DNA from: Felis catus
Taxonomy: Eukaryota
Assembly (NCBI RefSeq): GCF_018350175.1
Contig: NC_058368.1
Location: 129,334,001-129,398,000 of the forward strand
Reading direction: 5' to 3'
Length of the DNA: 64,000 nt
The position numbers were made by a program, and so were the translations under genes. Every line of letters starts with the position of its first letter. Positions within the stretch are counted from its first letter, which is position 1. Of this stretch, positions 1 through 10,921 are shown piece by piece. Under the pieces are notes generated by a model. The model ran no database searches and had not been told where the DNA came from. It worked only from the letters and a program-made list of their open reading frames with translations.

Positions 1-699
1 GTAGAAAGGCTGCTGCCAGAGAAAAAAATCCAACAACATTGAGGAATTGCTTCCAAAGTCAGTGAGAACATTCACAAGGATAAAGCACAATTCCAGAGGC
101 AGAGCTTTTCAAGATGCATAACTGAAATCCCATTTAACAAGGCAAACTACAGATCAGAAATGAGATGCCTTAACCGTAAAACGTCTAGTAAAATTACTGC
201 AAATAGAAACACAAAAATCTTCTTCACAGGAAAATTCTCAAGAAAGAATACAAAGAAAGCAGAAATGAATAAGTTAATTTATTCTAAAACCACAACTAGG
301 AAGATATTTGGCCTTCTCAAGAGTCAGAGAAGGACTACCAAAGTCTAACTAAGAAAGAGCCTAACGAACTTTCAATCCGATTTTGAGGCATTAGCGAGAT
401 TTCCCTATTAAGATGACAGGGGCAAGGAGACTTGAGGCTCAGACACGGCCACCAAGTCTAGATCAGAACATTTTATGTTCCCATTGAATTTTCCTGCTCT
501 TCGGATGTAGAAGAACTGAGCTCACCACAATCAAATAACCCCACCAAAGCTTTCCTAATAGGAAGTTAGGAAATGAGTCTTCTTAGCCTGAATAATGTGT
601 TTTGTCTTAAAGTCTATTTTGTCTGTAATCTCCACAGGCAGAGAGTCTGCATCTATAGCTCATTACCATTATTCTGATGATAATGTTACGTCTCATCAA

Positions 700-870
700 T
701 TACTTGGGAGGAAGGTCAAATTTAGCAGCCAAATCTCCCCTTTGGTGAGACCATCAAGAATATATCTATCACCTCCCTTCCCAAGATCTACATGCCCTGC
801 AAAAGCATCTATGCCCATATTCTCTTTCCCCTCCCTCCTCCCTCCCTCTCCTCCCTCTCCACCTCCTGTT
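700..870 (+). mobile_element. L2 LINE remnant
   Basis: Pyrimidine-rich tract gcatctatgcccatattctctttccc...cctcctgtt resembles recalled L2 internal consensus. Confidence 0.35.
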
Positions 871-1212
871 TCTGTCACAGTATTACCAGTTACAAAATCT
901 TGCCGGATTTAAGCCCTGATTCATTTATTCCTTTTCACTTTCGTTTCAGAAAGGTCAAGCAAGGATGGTTGAAAAAATCATGGAGACATAAGAAAGGGGA
1001 AGAACCTGCATGTAAGAGAGAAGATACTGTGTGACTTTGTAAATAGATATTGGAAATTAGAGGTAGGTGGTTCTCTTAGAATTTTAGTCCACGTGGAGGA
1101 ACTTTTTGATTGAGACTATGATTATATAAGCCATACCACTGAGATTTATTTTAATTAAAGGAAAGAAAAATTTCTCAGCCAAGCAAACAAAACAAAAAGA
1201 CAAAACAGTGAA

Positions 1213-1237
1213 TATGTGTGTGTGTGCTCATATATAT

Positions 1238-1282
<45 letters not shown>

Positions 1283-1284
1283 AT
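1213..1284. repeat. (TG)n/(TA)n microsatellite
   Basis: Short TG run followed by ~55 nt of interrupted (TA)n, seen directly. Confidence 0.95.
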
Positions 1285-1528
1285 CTCAAAAATTGTTTCA
1301 CTTTCATAGTAAACTCACCTGGAAAATCTACCTTGATGCATGCATCTTTGACAATTGGCTCAGGCTTTAGATTTTTTTAAAATGAAAGTTCAGCTCAATC
1401 CCACAATTCATTTACTCAACTTTACTTCCTAGAATTTTAAGCAAGAGTTCAACCTCACAAACACAGCTATACTTGGCAAACAAACGTAAAGAGATTAAAA
1501 GGACCTGTTTAATCACTTTTCAGAGCCT

Positions 1529-1566
1529 TTATCAGCACCATGCTCTAACCAACTGAGCCAATCGGC
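1529..1566 (-). pseudogene. Tailless retropseudogene of the tRNA-Ile 5' half
   Basis: Minus strand GCCGATTGGCTCAGTTGGTTAGAGCATGGTGCTGATAA matches nt 2-39 of mammalian tRNA-Ile(AAT) at 34/38. It ends in the anticodon loop and is flanked by ttcagagcctttat (1519-1532) and ttcagagcatttat (1567-1580). Confidence 0.85.
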
Positions 1567-1739
1567 TTCAGAGCATTTATAAATTAAACTTGCTTCTGAA
1601 TAGTTAGGGTTAAATTGGTTCAAAAAGCACTCTCTTAAATTTGACTTTTTCTTTTGAGGTACTAAGCCTTGTGAAAATGCAAAACTCCTAGGAGATGTAG
1701 CATTTTTGGTAGACTGCCACCAACCCCTGAATTTCTTTA

Positions 1740-2320
1740 TCTACTTGGAATCTATACTGTTAAGTGCATGTATATAGATTCAGAACCATCTATATTCCTG
1801 GTGATTTTTAAAATAATGACCCTCTTTATCCATAAAAGTGTGTTTGTCCTTAAAGATTAATTTGTTTGATATAATATAGCCACAATGGTATTTTTAAAAT
1901 AAGAATTTGTTTCATAAATCTTTTCTCATCCCTTACCTTTTTGTCTTTCTGTGCCATTATGTTTAGGTCTTTTATACAACTGAATTTTAATTTCATTCTG
2001 AGAATCTCTGTCTTTTAGACATTATGTTCAATCCATTTATATTTATTGTGATTATAGACATTTGGTTTTATTTCCACCGTATTATTTTCTGCTTTCAACC
2101 AGTCATACTTTTACTTTGCTTGTTTTCCATTCTACACTTTTTTTTTTTTACAAAGAACTCACATTATATTTATTCATATTATATAAACACTGGAGCTTCA
2201 CATTCTATCCACCATGTTTCTTAATTACTCTTTCTATTTTATGTCCCTTTATCTTACTATCACTCACAATGACTCACTTTTGGAATGTATTTTTCTTATG
2301 TTTACAACTTTAGGTTCTAT
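1740..2320 (-). mobile_element. Old L1 (L1M-type) remnant around the ORF2 start
   Basis: T-rich antisense L1 motifs such as ttgtccttaaagattaatttgtttgatataatatagccac and aatccatttatatttattgtgattatagaca. Confidence 0.65.
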
Positions 2321-2329
2321 GGTAGATGT

Positions 2330-2930
2330 CCTGATTCCTAGAAGGTGACTGCTTCCACCAGGGAACACAGTAGTTGTCCTATTTAAATGTTAAACTAGGA
2401 TTCAAACTAGGCTGCCACTGGGTCACTTAGAGTTCCTCATGCCAAGAGACCAGTAGTCAAAGAAAGGACACACCAACCTTGCAAGAGTAATTCACATTGA
2501 TCAGGATACAACTGCTATTATCTAATAAAAAAGAAGAAGAATATGTTTCATATTCATTGAGCAATTGGGACATGTCTTGATACTGTGCTGCCAAACTGGG
2601 GTGCTTCATGGAGAAGTGCAATAGACACAACCTCAAAAGGACATGCTGATTAGAAATTTGGGCCTTCATAGCTTCCACCAGTTAAGTTACAAAGAGCATA
2701 AGAGATACTAGCCAAGGGTGAGGAGACTTTAGAATAGGTAGTAAAGAAAGGAGATAATGAAAACTGGTTGTACTTTTAAAACTAGTTGCACCAGCAAGGA
2801 CTGGCATTTATTTCCCTTGTATGATTCCTTAGAAATTGAGACCAACTAGGATCTTGAGGATGCTCTTCCCAGATGAGACACACTTACCACAAAATGCAAG
2901 TGGAAATGGATCTTAGCAGCTCAAGTGGAG
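2330..2930 (+). mobile_element. ERVL internal 3' remnant (ERV3-16A3/ERVL-like, decayed dUTPase-like segment)
   Basis: gcttccaccagggaacacag...gctgccactgggtcacttagagttcctcatgccaagagaccag resembles the ERVL/MaLR internal 3' region; ends in a purine-rich tract abutting the LTR. Confidence 0.65.
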
Positions 2931-3370
2931 TAGAGTGGGTGCTGTTGTGTGCTGCTCAGAATCCCCACCTCCCATCTCATTTCAGGAATGAGACATTCAT
3001 TTGGTGCATGGTGCATTGGCTGCTGCTGGCTCACTCCTGAGTCCCTCTGGGAATCATCTTTGGCCAAAGGGAGCCATCTTTCCCAGGTTTATGACCTTTT
3101 CTCAGGGGCAACTTGTGTCCAATGGCTGATTGATGTTGAAATATAAAGGCCCAGTTTTGTTCTCTCAGTTTGGGATATTCTTGAAGATCATCCTAACTCC
3201 AAAAATCCTCGTGAGTTCAGCTGGCTGCTCTGTTGCAACTATATCACTGTATCTCCTTCTGCCTAATCCTTTCACTTCCTGAAATGTGTTTCTTAGATTA
3301 TTCTCCAGTAAACCTTCTGCATGCAAATCTCTATCTAAAAATCTGTTTCTAGGAGATTCTACCCAAGACA
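2931..3370 (+). mobile_element. ERVL LTR, LTR16C-like
   Basis: Colinear with recalled LTR16C consensus, including ccaatggctg, tataaaggccc and terminal aaaccttctgcatgcaaatctc...acccaagaca. Confidence 0.8.
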
Positions 3371-4060
3371 TCATCTTTTTTCAGATAATACTTCTATTAT
3401 TGTAGGTTTCTGAGTACCTATTCTGTTTTTGTACCTGTATCTTGAACCATAAACTCACCTTCAGTGGAAACTTTCCTCTGAAAACCCTCTGTGGCCTAAA
3501 CTGTAGAAATGACATTCCACAGAGATTTTCTGTTCACTTCTGCCAGGTACTCTAGAGATATCACTGTCCCAGGACTAATTTTTATGTAAATTTCTAATCT
3601 TGACAATTCCCAAACCATTATAGAAGTGTGCATTCTAACTTTGATACAACATGAGGCAGAGGCCTGAAATTTTATTTTTCTGGGAATGATTTTTTTTTCC
3701 TTTTCCATAGCCCAGAACAGTAAACTTTATCTTTTCTCTGTTCAGGTGGGGAAAACTTTTTTCTAGGCCCCTCATTACAGAGTCTACATCCCTTTGAGTA
3801 TCTCAGCTTCTTCATGAAGGGGTATTAGCTCCCATTCAGTGTCTCATTGAACCCATAACCTCATATCCTGGCTTGACTGTGTATTAAAACCTAAACTAGC
3901 ATTTGATAACCATCTACGAGGAAGCTTCAGGATCATATCTTGAGCTTCTAGCCCTTAATTTCAGGCACCTTGAAATTTTCATTTAGTTTTTGGAATTTGA
4001 TATGCATGAATATGATTTTTAATATATTTCCAGAATCTGAAACTGTTGCAAAGTAGCTAA
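3371..4060 (-). mobile_element. Old L1/HAL1-like 5' region remnant
   Basis: cttctgccaggtactctagagatatcactgtcccaggactaatttt resembles antisense old L1/HAL1; probably the element interrupted by the ERVL. Confidence 0.4.
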
Positions 4061-4249
4061 ATGTTTCTTGTAGATAGGTGTTAGTAAGAAATGGAAATCA
4101 TGAAAGTACTGACCTTGGAACTGACATGAAAGAAATGACACAACTGAGAAGGAAATGAAAAAAATCAGATTGTCTCTTTCATGCTCAGGTCAGGCTCTGA
4201 GAGCCTAGGCATTAACATGGTAAAAAATTGATCTAGAAACCCAGGGAAC

Positions 4250-4390
4250 TTCAAGTGTCTCCCTAATGGTACTGTGGGTTCTTTGAGGGAAGGAACTGTG
4301 TCTTATTTGCTATGGTATTCCTCGCATCTAGTTCATACCTGGCATATAGTAGATTTTCAGGAGATACCTTTTGGCCAAATGAATGAGCCA
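4250..4390 (+). mobile_element. L2 3' end
   Basis: gagggaaggaactgtgtcttattt...cctggcatatagtag...aaatgaatga terminal motif. Confidence 0.6.
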
Positions 4391-4519
4391 TAAATAAAGC
4401 AGTGCTGTGCAAAATGGTGAGATATTTTCAAACACACAAGAATAAAACATAATGTTATATCAACACTGGTCTAAGAAGAATATAAAAAAATAATAGAAAA
4501 GGAAAATGTGAACCAAGTT

Positions 4520-5470
4520 ATACTCATTCTTTCCAGTGTTCTTCCAATAAGTATTTATTGAGTGTCCTTGGTTGAATCTGGACTGTGCTAGGCATGGAGA
4601 ATGTGATAGTGGGAACAGAAGGTCATGGTCTCTGCCCATGTAGAGATCTGGGACATGCAGACTTTAAATGAAAACACTAAAAACAAAAAAATAAGTATAA
4701 AGACTTGGGTGGCCAAATGGTATATTAGTCCAGGAAAATCTCTCTCCATTCCTGTTGTCTCAGTGTACTTATTAATAGTACCCCCATTCAGTATCAGAAG
4801 TGTCTCAGGTTGTACAGTCATCTTGAGTATGACTGAAAGGTATGTGGTGTTAGCAAAGTGCACAACAGAGAGTCATCTACTCAGAGAGTAGAAGAAAGAC
4901 AAGACTGACCTGAAAAATGGTAGATGGAACACACGGCATATGTGACTGTGTAGGAGTGCAAGTGGGGAGACCCTGCCAGGCAGATAGAATACCATGTGCA
5001 AAGCAGGGTACATCGGGGAATCAATAGGAGGCTTGTCTGGCTAGAATATCAAGGGCAAGAGGTAACATTGAAAGATAGATGGCATCAGACCATGTGGGCC
5101 TGTGGAATTTTATGTATTTTGGAATTTTGTTAAGGGGTAACTTTAATCAAGGATGGAGTTGGGGGAAGTAGGGAATTTAGCATTTTGAAAGATTCCCTTT
5201 GGCTGCAGTGTGGAGAATAGATTTATGAAATTTCAGGAAGCTAGTTGGAAAGCTACTGCACTAGTCCAGTTAAGACATGATAGTAGCTTGAAATAGAATG
5301 GTGGTAGAAATGAAAAGAATTAAATGGATTTGAGATGAATCTAGAAGGCAAAATTAACAGAACTTAAAGATGAATTGGCTATGGAGAGAGGGGAATAGGG
5401 ACGCATATAGAATAGATTTCTGGCTTATGTACCTGCGATTTACTAAGCTAGGGAATATAGCTAGTATTAA
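4520..5470 (-). mobile_element. L2 remnant interrupted by a MER94-like MITE
   Basis: aagtatttattgagtgtcc...gtgctaggcatggag and tttggctgcagtgtggagaatag antisense L2 motifs. Confidence 0.65.
4706..4826. mobile_element. hAT-Blackjack MITE, MER94-like
   Basis: cctgttgtctcagtgtacttattaatagtacccccattcagtatcagaagtgtctcaggtt matches the recalled MER94 core. Confidence 0.6.
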
Positions 5471-5619
5471 GACTGGCATATGTATCCATCCATGTAGTTA
5501 CCTCTTCAAGAAACCGGCATTCATTGACACTGGTATATGTCAGGCATTGTGGGTAAAAATAAAGGTGTTTACTATGAAATCTAACCCACAGAGTATAAAT
5601 ACACACATACATGCTTTAC

Positions 5620-6403
5620 CAATTATTGTACTTTCAGCTGTAAGTAATAGAAAACTAGAAAATTCAAGTCAAAATGTGTAAGCAGTGAGAACATTTGTAA
5701 GTCCTCAAATGGGGAGCTCCAGGTTGGCTGATTCGGTTGCCTTCATGACATCAAGGATGTTAGTTCTTTGTATCTTTCCACTCTGCTGTTGTTAGTTGAC
5801 TTTTCCTTGACTAGTACCCTATATGGTTGCATAACTCTTATCCCAGTTCCAAGCACATGTAGCTATGTCAGCGTTCAGCAGCAGCATGATGATTTTGCCC
5901 ATGTGTCCTTTTTTTTAAGCTGAGAAACCTTTCCTAGAATCCCTCCAATAGATTCCTCCTCACATCTTAGTCATCACAGAATGATCTCTCTGCTTATTCC
6001 TAAGCAAGGACTGGTGAGAGAAATAGGATTGCCATGATTTGTCCAGTAAGGTACAAAGCCAAGTAGAAGAGGATGCCTAGTCAAACAAATTTGGGGTTTT
6101 GTTTACATGGAGAAAGAACGATGGGGCACCTGGATGGCTCAGTCAGGTAAGTGTCTGACTTTGGCTCAGGTCATGATCTCCTGGTCCATGAGTTTGAGCC
6201 ACCCCCCCCCCCCCAACCTTCAGGCTCTGTGCTGACAGCTCAGATCCTGGAACCTGCTTTGGATTCTGTGTCTCCCTCTCTCTCTGCCCCTTCTCTGCTC
6301 ACACTCTGTCTGTCTCTCTCTTTCAAAAATAAACATTAAAAAAAGATAAAAAAGAGAAAGGGCAAAATGACTATTGAGTAAGCAATTGAGGGTGTCTGCC
6401 GTA
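5620..6403 (-). mobile_element. MaLR solo LTR (MLT1J/K-like) split by a SINE
   Basis: ttcagctgtaagtaatagaaaac at one end, gactattgagtaagcaattgagggtgtctgcc at the other. Confidence 0.6.
6123..6353 (+). mobile_element. Carnivore (feline) tRNA-derived SINE
   Basis: ggggcacctggatggctcagtc...ggctcaggtcatgatctc...(CT) tract, aataaa, A tail; C13 expansion at 6202-6214. Confidence 0.95.
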
Positions 6404-7277
6404 CCTATAAAGCAAGGCAGTATTTGTATGGTCTTAGGAATGGTTCACAGTGGTTCAAGAGATTGAAGCAGAAGAAATCACCTTGGATATTGGAGAATAA
6501 GAAATGTTTCCAAGGCTGGGGAAGGTTATTAGGTTTATGTCACTCTGAAGGCAGAACCTGAGGTCTGAGATTATAGCACCACTTAAAAGAATACAACATA
6601 AATCCATCTTTACCCATTGATCCTCCCAATTCCAGGCATCCTCGTGGCTTTCCTAAGTTCCTCCACAGTCATATAAATACTGTTTCTTATTGTTTCTCAG
6701 CTTCACTGACCTGAAAGAAGAAGGGTTGAATGATATTTTGCATAAAATTCTGAAATATTTGTTACTTAGCTCTGGCTCAGTCCAAGCCTGACCTGTTTCT
6801 GTCATTACTGCTGGAATAGTTCTCCAGCTCTTGCCAGATTTTGAGTTGTCAGGATAATAATTTATCCATCTTGTTGTCAGATTCACAGCTAGTTTGCCTG
6901 ACTCTAGGGGAATCTAGATGACTATTACTACACACAGTGTGCAACTCATATATTAAATGCATTTAATTCCAGATATCCCCTCCTGCCATACCCCATATGC
7001 AGAGACTTAACCAAACTACTGTCGGAATAGCGTATTCCCGTATGATGGAAACCTCTATGGCCCACCAAAGATCAGTTTTCCTCTAGTTTCCTTTAAATGC
7101 TTACTATCAAACTGGCATTATTTACTGACCACAGTTAGTAAGTCAGTCTCACGGGTCTCTGGGCCCAGAGCTCTCTTGTGTTTCTGTGTTCCTTCCATCC
7201 TCACTGCCCCAGTCAACTACTCTCAAATCAGGCCTATTTGTCAAAAGAGTCTCAATTTCCTGGTATGGTCTGTAACC

Positions 7278-7474
7278 TTTTTTTTTTAAGTTTATTTATT
7301 TTGAAAGAGAGTTTATTATTTCAGAGAGAGAGAGGAAGAGAGAGAATCCCAAGCAGATTCTGCACTGTCAATACAGAGCTCAGTGTGGGGCTCGAATTCA
7401 CAACCCATGAGATCATGACCTGAGCCAAAGTCAAGAGCCAGATGCTTAACAGACTGAGCCACCCAGGTGCTCCC
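7278..7474 (-). mobile_element. Carnivore (feline) SINE
   Basis: T tail, gagatcatgacctgagccaaagtc, ends ctgagccacccaggtgctccc; flanking repeat ggtctgtaacct. Confidence 0.95.
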
Positions 7475-7902
7475 CCTACTCTCATGGGTCTGTAACCTAT
7501 TTATTTTATAAATGGCCAATTGCAGTTTAAAGAGAACTCTCTGAATTTGCTTTTACAGGGCCAACCAGAAGTTATTTTGCATGTTTATGAATTTGTCCCC
7601 TTCTGCTTCTCTCCCTTACAATGGGTCCTTTTCAAGGTTTTAACTACAAGCATTATATTACCCTTCTGACTATCCCTTTCCTCCTCCTCTAAGGAATGCT
7701 TGGAAAGGAATTCAATTGTGGGAAGATGTTAGGTCTTTCTCAAAAGCATTTCGTGTCAAATAACAAGCATCCAGTTGTAGTTCAAATAAAACCCTAAAAG
7801 TGATTTAAGTGTTAAGTCAGAGTGGTAATTACTGGTCTTGAAAGCAAATCATAACGACTTTTTACAGTTGTACTCTGTTATTCTTCCTTTCTCATTCTCT
7901 AG

Positions 7903-8086
7903 TCAGTGTTCTTCATTACATCACCCCAGGAAAATACAAGGGAGAAAATATAGTAAGGCACATGAGATGGTCCAACACCCCGGTTACCACAAGCAGCCTG
8001 ATAAAATTTGGTAGGTCACAGGGCAGTAGCACAACATCTGGGCCTCCTTCTCTTACTTTCCTTTTTCCACCCTCAAAACTATACAC
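7903..8086 (+). other. Candidate exon A of an unrecognised transcript
   Basis: Long pyrimidine tract plus AG (ttcttcctttctcattctctag) and donor CAC|GTAAGT; one frame open throughout. Confidence 0.3.
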
Positions 8087-8206
8087 GTAAGTACCAGTGA
8101 ATCAGTTAACCAAAATATATCAAGTATCTACTACTGGTTGAGGAGGGACTTGTTAAGCAAGTCACAATTTAATAATACCTCTAGATGCTCTCTCATTTGT
8201 TATTAG

Positions 8207-8331
8207 GTACAACCAGACCAACAGAGAACTAACTCGACCGCAAAATGTTGTGCTATTCCCCCATAGAACTGATTTTACTGGATTTGACCATGGCATTTTA
8301 TCACTTCTTTTATCCTTCATTGAAGGACATG
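8207..8331 (+). other. Candidate exon B of an unrecognised transcript
   Basis: Acceptor tctctcatttgttattag|G, donor ATG|GTAAGA; open in the frame continuing from exon A. Confidence 0.3.
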
Positions 8332-8629
8332 GTAAGAAATGGAGTGATGAATCTTGTGCCTCTACTGGCTGCTAAGATATGGTTGAAGATGTTTATCAGG
8401 CGATGCCTTTTTTATGCACACTCACTGGGAAAAATTCCATTTACTTTTATTATTCAAAGTGGTCACACTTTTTCTGAGAGACTTTCTTTTTTTCTTCTTT
8501 TTATAAATCTCTTGGTCTCTGTGAATCGTGTCACTGATCATGTTTCTCTTTTTGCTGTGGTTGCTAGAAAGCTCAGATCATAATGTTGTGCCTCATCTCT
8601 AACAAGCATCGAGCCAGAAGCTTAAGGGG

Positions 8630-8631
<2 letters not shown>

Positions 8632-8666
<35 letters not shown>

Positions 8667-8681
8667 ATGCGCATGTGTGTG
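8632..8681. repeat. (TG)n microsatellite
   Basis: Seen directly. Confidence 0.95.
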
Positions 8682-9144
8682 TACTTGGCTCATTCTTCAC
8701 TCCATTCTACATTTTTTCCTGTGCTCACTTTACACTTCACTTATTATTTTTTTCACACAACAGAAATTTATTTCATGCTCACACAGTTGTTGAATACAGG
8801 TATTTGGCAGCTGGCCTTCTGTGAGGTAATTTGGGGCCCATGATCCGTGTTGACCTACCATCCTCTAGGGCCTCCCATCCTCTGCATGGAGTCAACACCT
8901 GTGTGAAGAGAGAATAAAGGAGCAGCAGGAGGTCTCCTGGTCTAGGCCTGGAAGTTCTGTACATTATTGTCACTGATGTTCCAGAATGTAGTCGCACGGC
9001 CACACCAGATAGTAAGGCAAACTGAGAAATGTGGTATCATATTGTCTGGGAAGGAAGGAAAATGACTGTAGTGGATGACTTGCCAATGTTTGTCATACGA
9101 CATGAGAAGTATGGTATAAAGGAAACAGCTTGCTTGTGTTCCTT

Positions 9145-9251
9145 GCATTGAGGAGGGCACCTGTTAGGATGAGCGCTGGGTGTTGTATGGAAACCAATTT
9201 GACAATAAATTTCATATTTTAAAAAAAAGGAAAAAAGAGAAAAAGAAAAAA
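9145..9251 (+). mobile_element. Severely 5'-truncated feline L1 3' end
   Basis: gcattgaggagggcacctgttaggatgagcgctgggtgttgtatggaaaccaatttgacaataaatttcatatt plus A-rich tail, the typical cat L1 terminus. Confidence 0.85.
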
Positions 9252-9654
9252 GTGTTGATTTTTTTTTTTAGATATCAAGATGCTTTAACTTACCAGTGGA
9301 TTTTATCATTCCATGTATCAGGGTATTTTCTAGGGCATGGACACAGTAAATAATTTTAGTGAGTAAAAAAAAAAAAGGTATTTCTGGTAAGAGCATTAGA
9401 ATAGTTGATGTCAGCAAAAGTAACCATTAACTAATTGTTCAGTACAGATACCCCAGGGTGACTGGGGAATTTTCTCTTTATGACACCTTGCCTTTCTGTC
9501 CCTTCTTCTCAATTCTTCCTGTCATGGCCTTTGTTCAGGTCATTTCTATGTTGGTTGTGTCCACATGGAACCTCTACCTGCCTGGCTTCTGGGAGAGGAC
9601 TATCTTCTGAACATGTCTTGTGTTTTTCTTTCTTCTGCAGGCTTGCTCACATAT

Positions 9655-10216
9655 TTTACTCTTACCTAATGCTGTGTAAAAAAACAAAAACAAAAACAAA
9701 TTATCACCCCAAAGCTCAGTGGCCTAAAGTAACAATATTTATTTATATCTCTTATGGTTTCTGTGGGTCAGAAATTTGGGGAGCAGCTTAGCTTGCTGGT
9801 TTTGACTTGGGGTTTCTCATGAGGTTTCACTGAGATATCTACTGGGGCTCTTAGTCATCTAAAAAATTTGATTGTGGCTTGACGATCCCATGGTGGTGGC
9901 TCATTCACATGGATGGTGAGTTGGTGCTGGCTGTTGACAAGATGACTCAGTTTCTCTCCATGTGGGCTGTCGCCAGGGCTGCTTGAGCAGCCTCCTGACG
10001 TGGCAGCTGTTGTCTCCCAGAATGAGCATTTAAGAGATCACATACATTCCACGATGCCCTGTATGACCTGGCCTCAGAAGTCCTGCACTATTGCCTCTGC
10101 CGTACTCTGTTGTTTATCCAGAACAGCCCTGATTCAGTGTGAGAAGAAACTACACAAGAGCATGGGTATCAGGAGACAAAAACCACTGGAGGCTGTCTGG
10201 GAGGCTGGCCACCACC
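9655..10216 (-). mobile_element. MaLR solo LTR (MLT1F-like)
   Basis: ttatcaccccaaagctcagtggcctaaag...tctgtgggtcagaaatttgg...tgggaggctggccaccac. Confidence 0.75.
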
Positions 10217-10219
10217 CAT

Positions 10220-10525
10220 ACTTTGCATTTGGAATATATCCCCGCCTCAATCGCAGTTTTGCAAAATTCTCTCCCACTTTTAACACTCAGTTCAAAGCCT
10301 ATTCTTTCCATGAAGTCTGTTCTGATCACTCAACAACTAGGTCTCCTATTGTAAGTCTTACTGTTCTTACCATACATATGGCCTTTATCATTTCATACCT
10401 TGTTTTGAAGATGTACACATCTGTCTTTGCTTTCAGTTGGGATTTAAGCATTTGGAGACATGCCCTCTGTCATATAGTTCGCATTCAAGAAATATTTTTT
10501 AGGTGGATGAATGAAGGGCTGAATG
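10220..10525 (+). mobile_element. L2 3' remnant
   Basis: ctttaacactcagttcaaag...ttccatgaagtct...ggatgaatgaa. Confidence 0.5.
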
Positions 10526-10671
10526 AGGACTCCAAGCCAAAAGCCCTGGTTCTCCTCCTGGGCACTTTGCCCTGCTGCTTGGCCTCAGCCCACTCTCTTC
10601 CCCTCAGTCCTAGTTTCTTTATATAATATAAATATAATAATACTTACCCACCTTTCCTCACAGAGGTATGG

Positions 10672-10921
10672 TTTTTAATGTTTTTTTTTAAATTTATTTT
10701 TGAGGGGGGGAGGTGCTGAGCGGGGGGAGGGGCAGAGAGAGGGGGGATACAGAGGATCTGAAGCAGGCTCTGTGCTGACAGTAGAGAGCTCCATGAGGGG
10801 CTCAAATCCACAAATTGTGAGATCATGACCTGAGCTGAAGTCAGGGCTCAAGCTCATGAACCTTGAGATCATGACCTGAGCCAAAGTCGGATGCTTAAAC
10901 AACGGAGCTACCCAAGCACCC
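10672..10921 (-). mobile_element. Carnivore (feline) SINE with a 46-nt internal duplication
   Basis: Standard SINE body; gggctc...gagatcatgacctgagc..aagtc occurs twice (10798-10843, 10844-10889). Confidence 0.9.

Noticed and set aside
160..348. Lys/Arg-rich 62-aa ORF
   Set aside because: Product of A-rich composition with stops in all frames nearby; may be a very decayed L1/HAL1 ORF1 remnant, but I cannot support a call
6952..6967. Perfect 16-bp palindrome attaaatgcatttaat
   Set aside because: About one such palindrome is expected by chance in 64 kb, more in AT-rich DNA; no supporting context
10000..10626. Longest ORF (208 aa)
   Set aside because: GTG start; runs through an antisense MLT1 LTR and an L2 remnant; no recognisable domain
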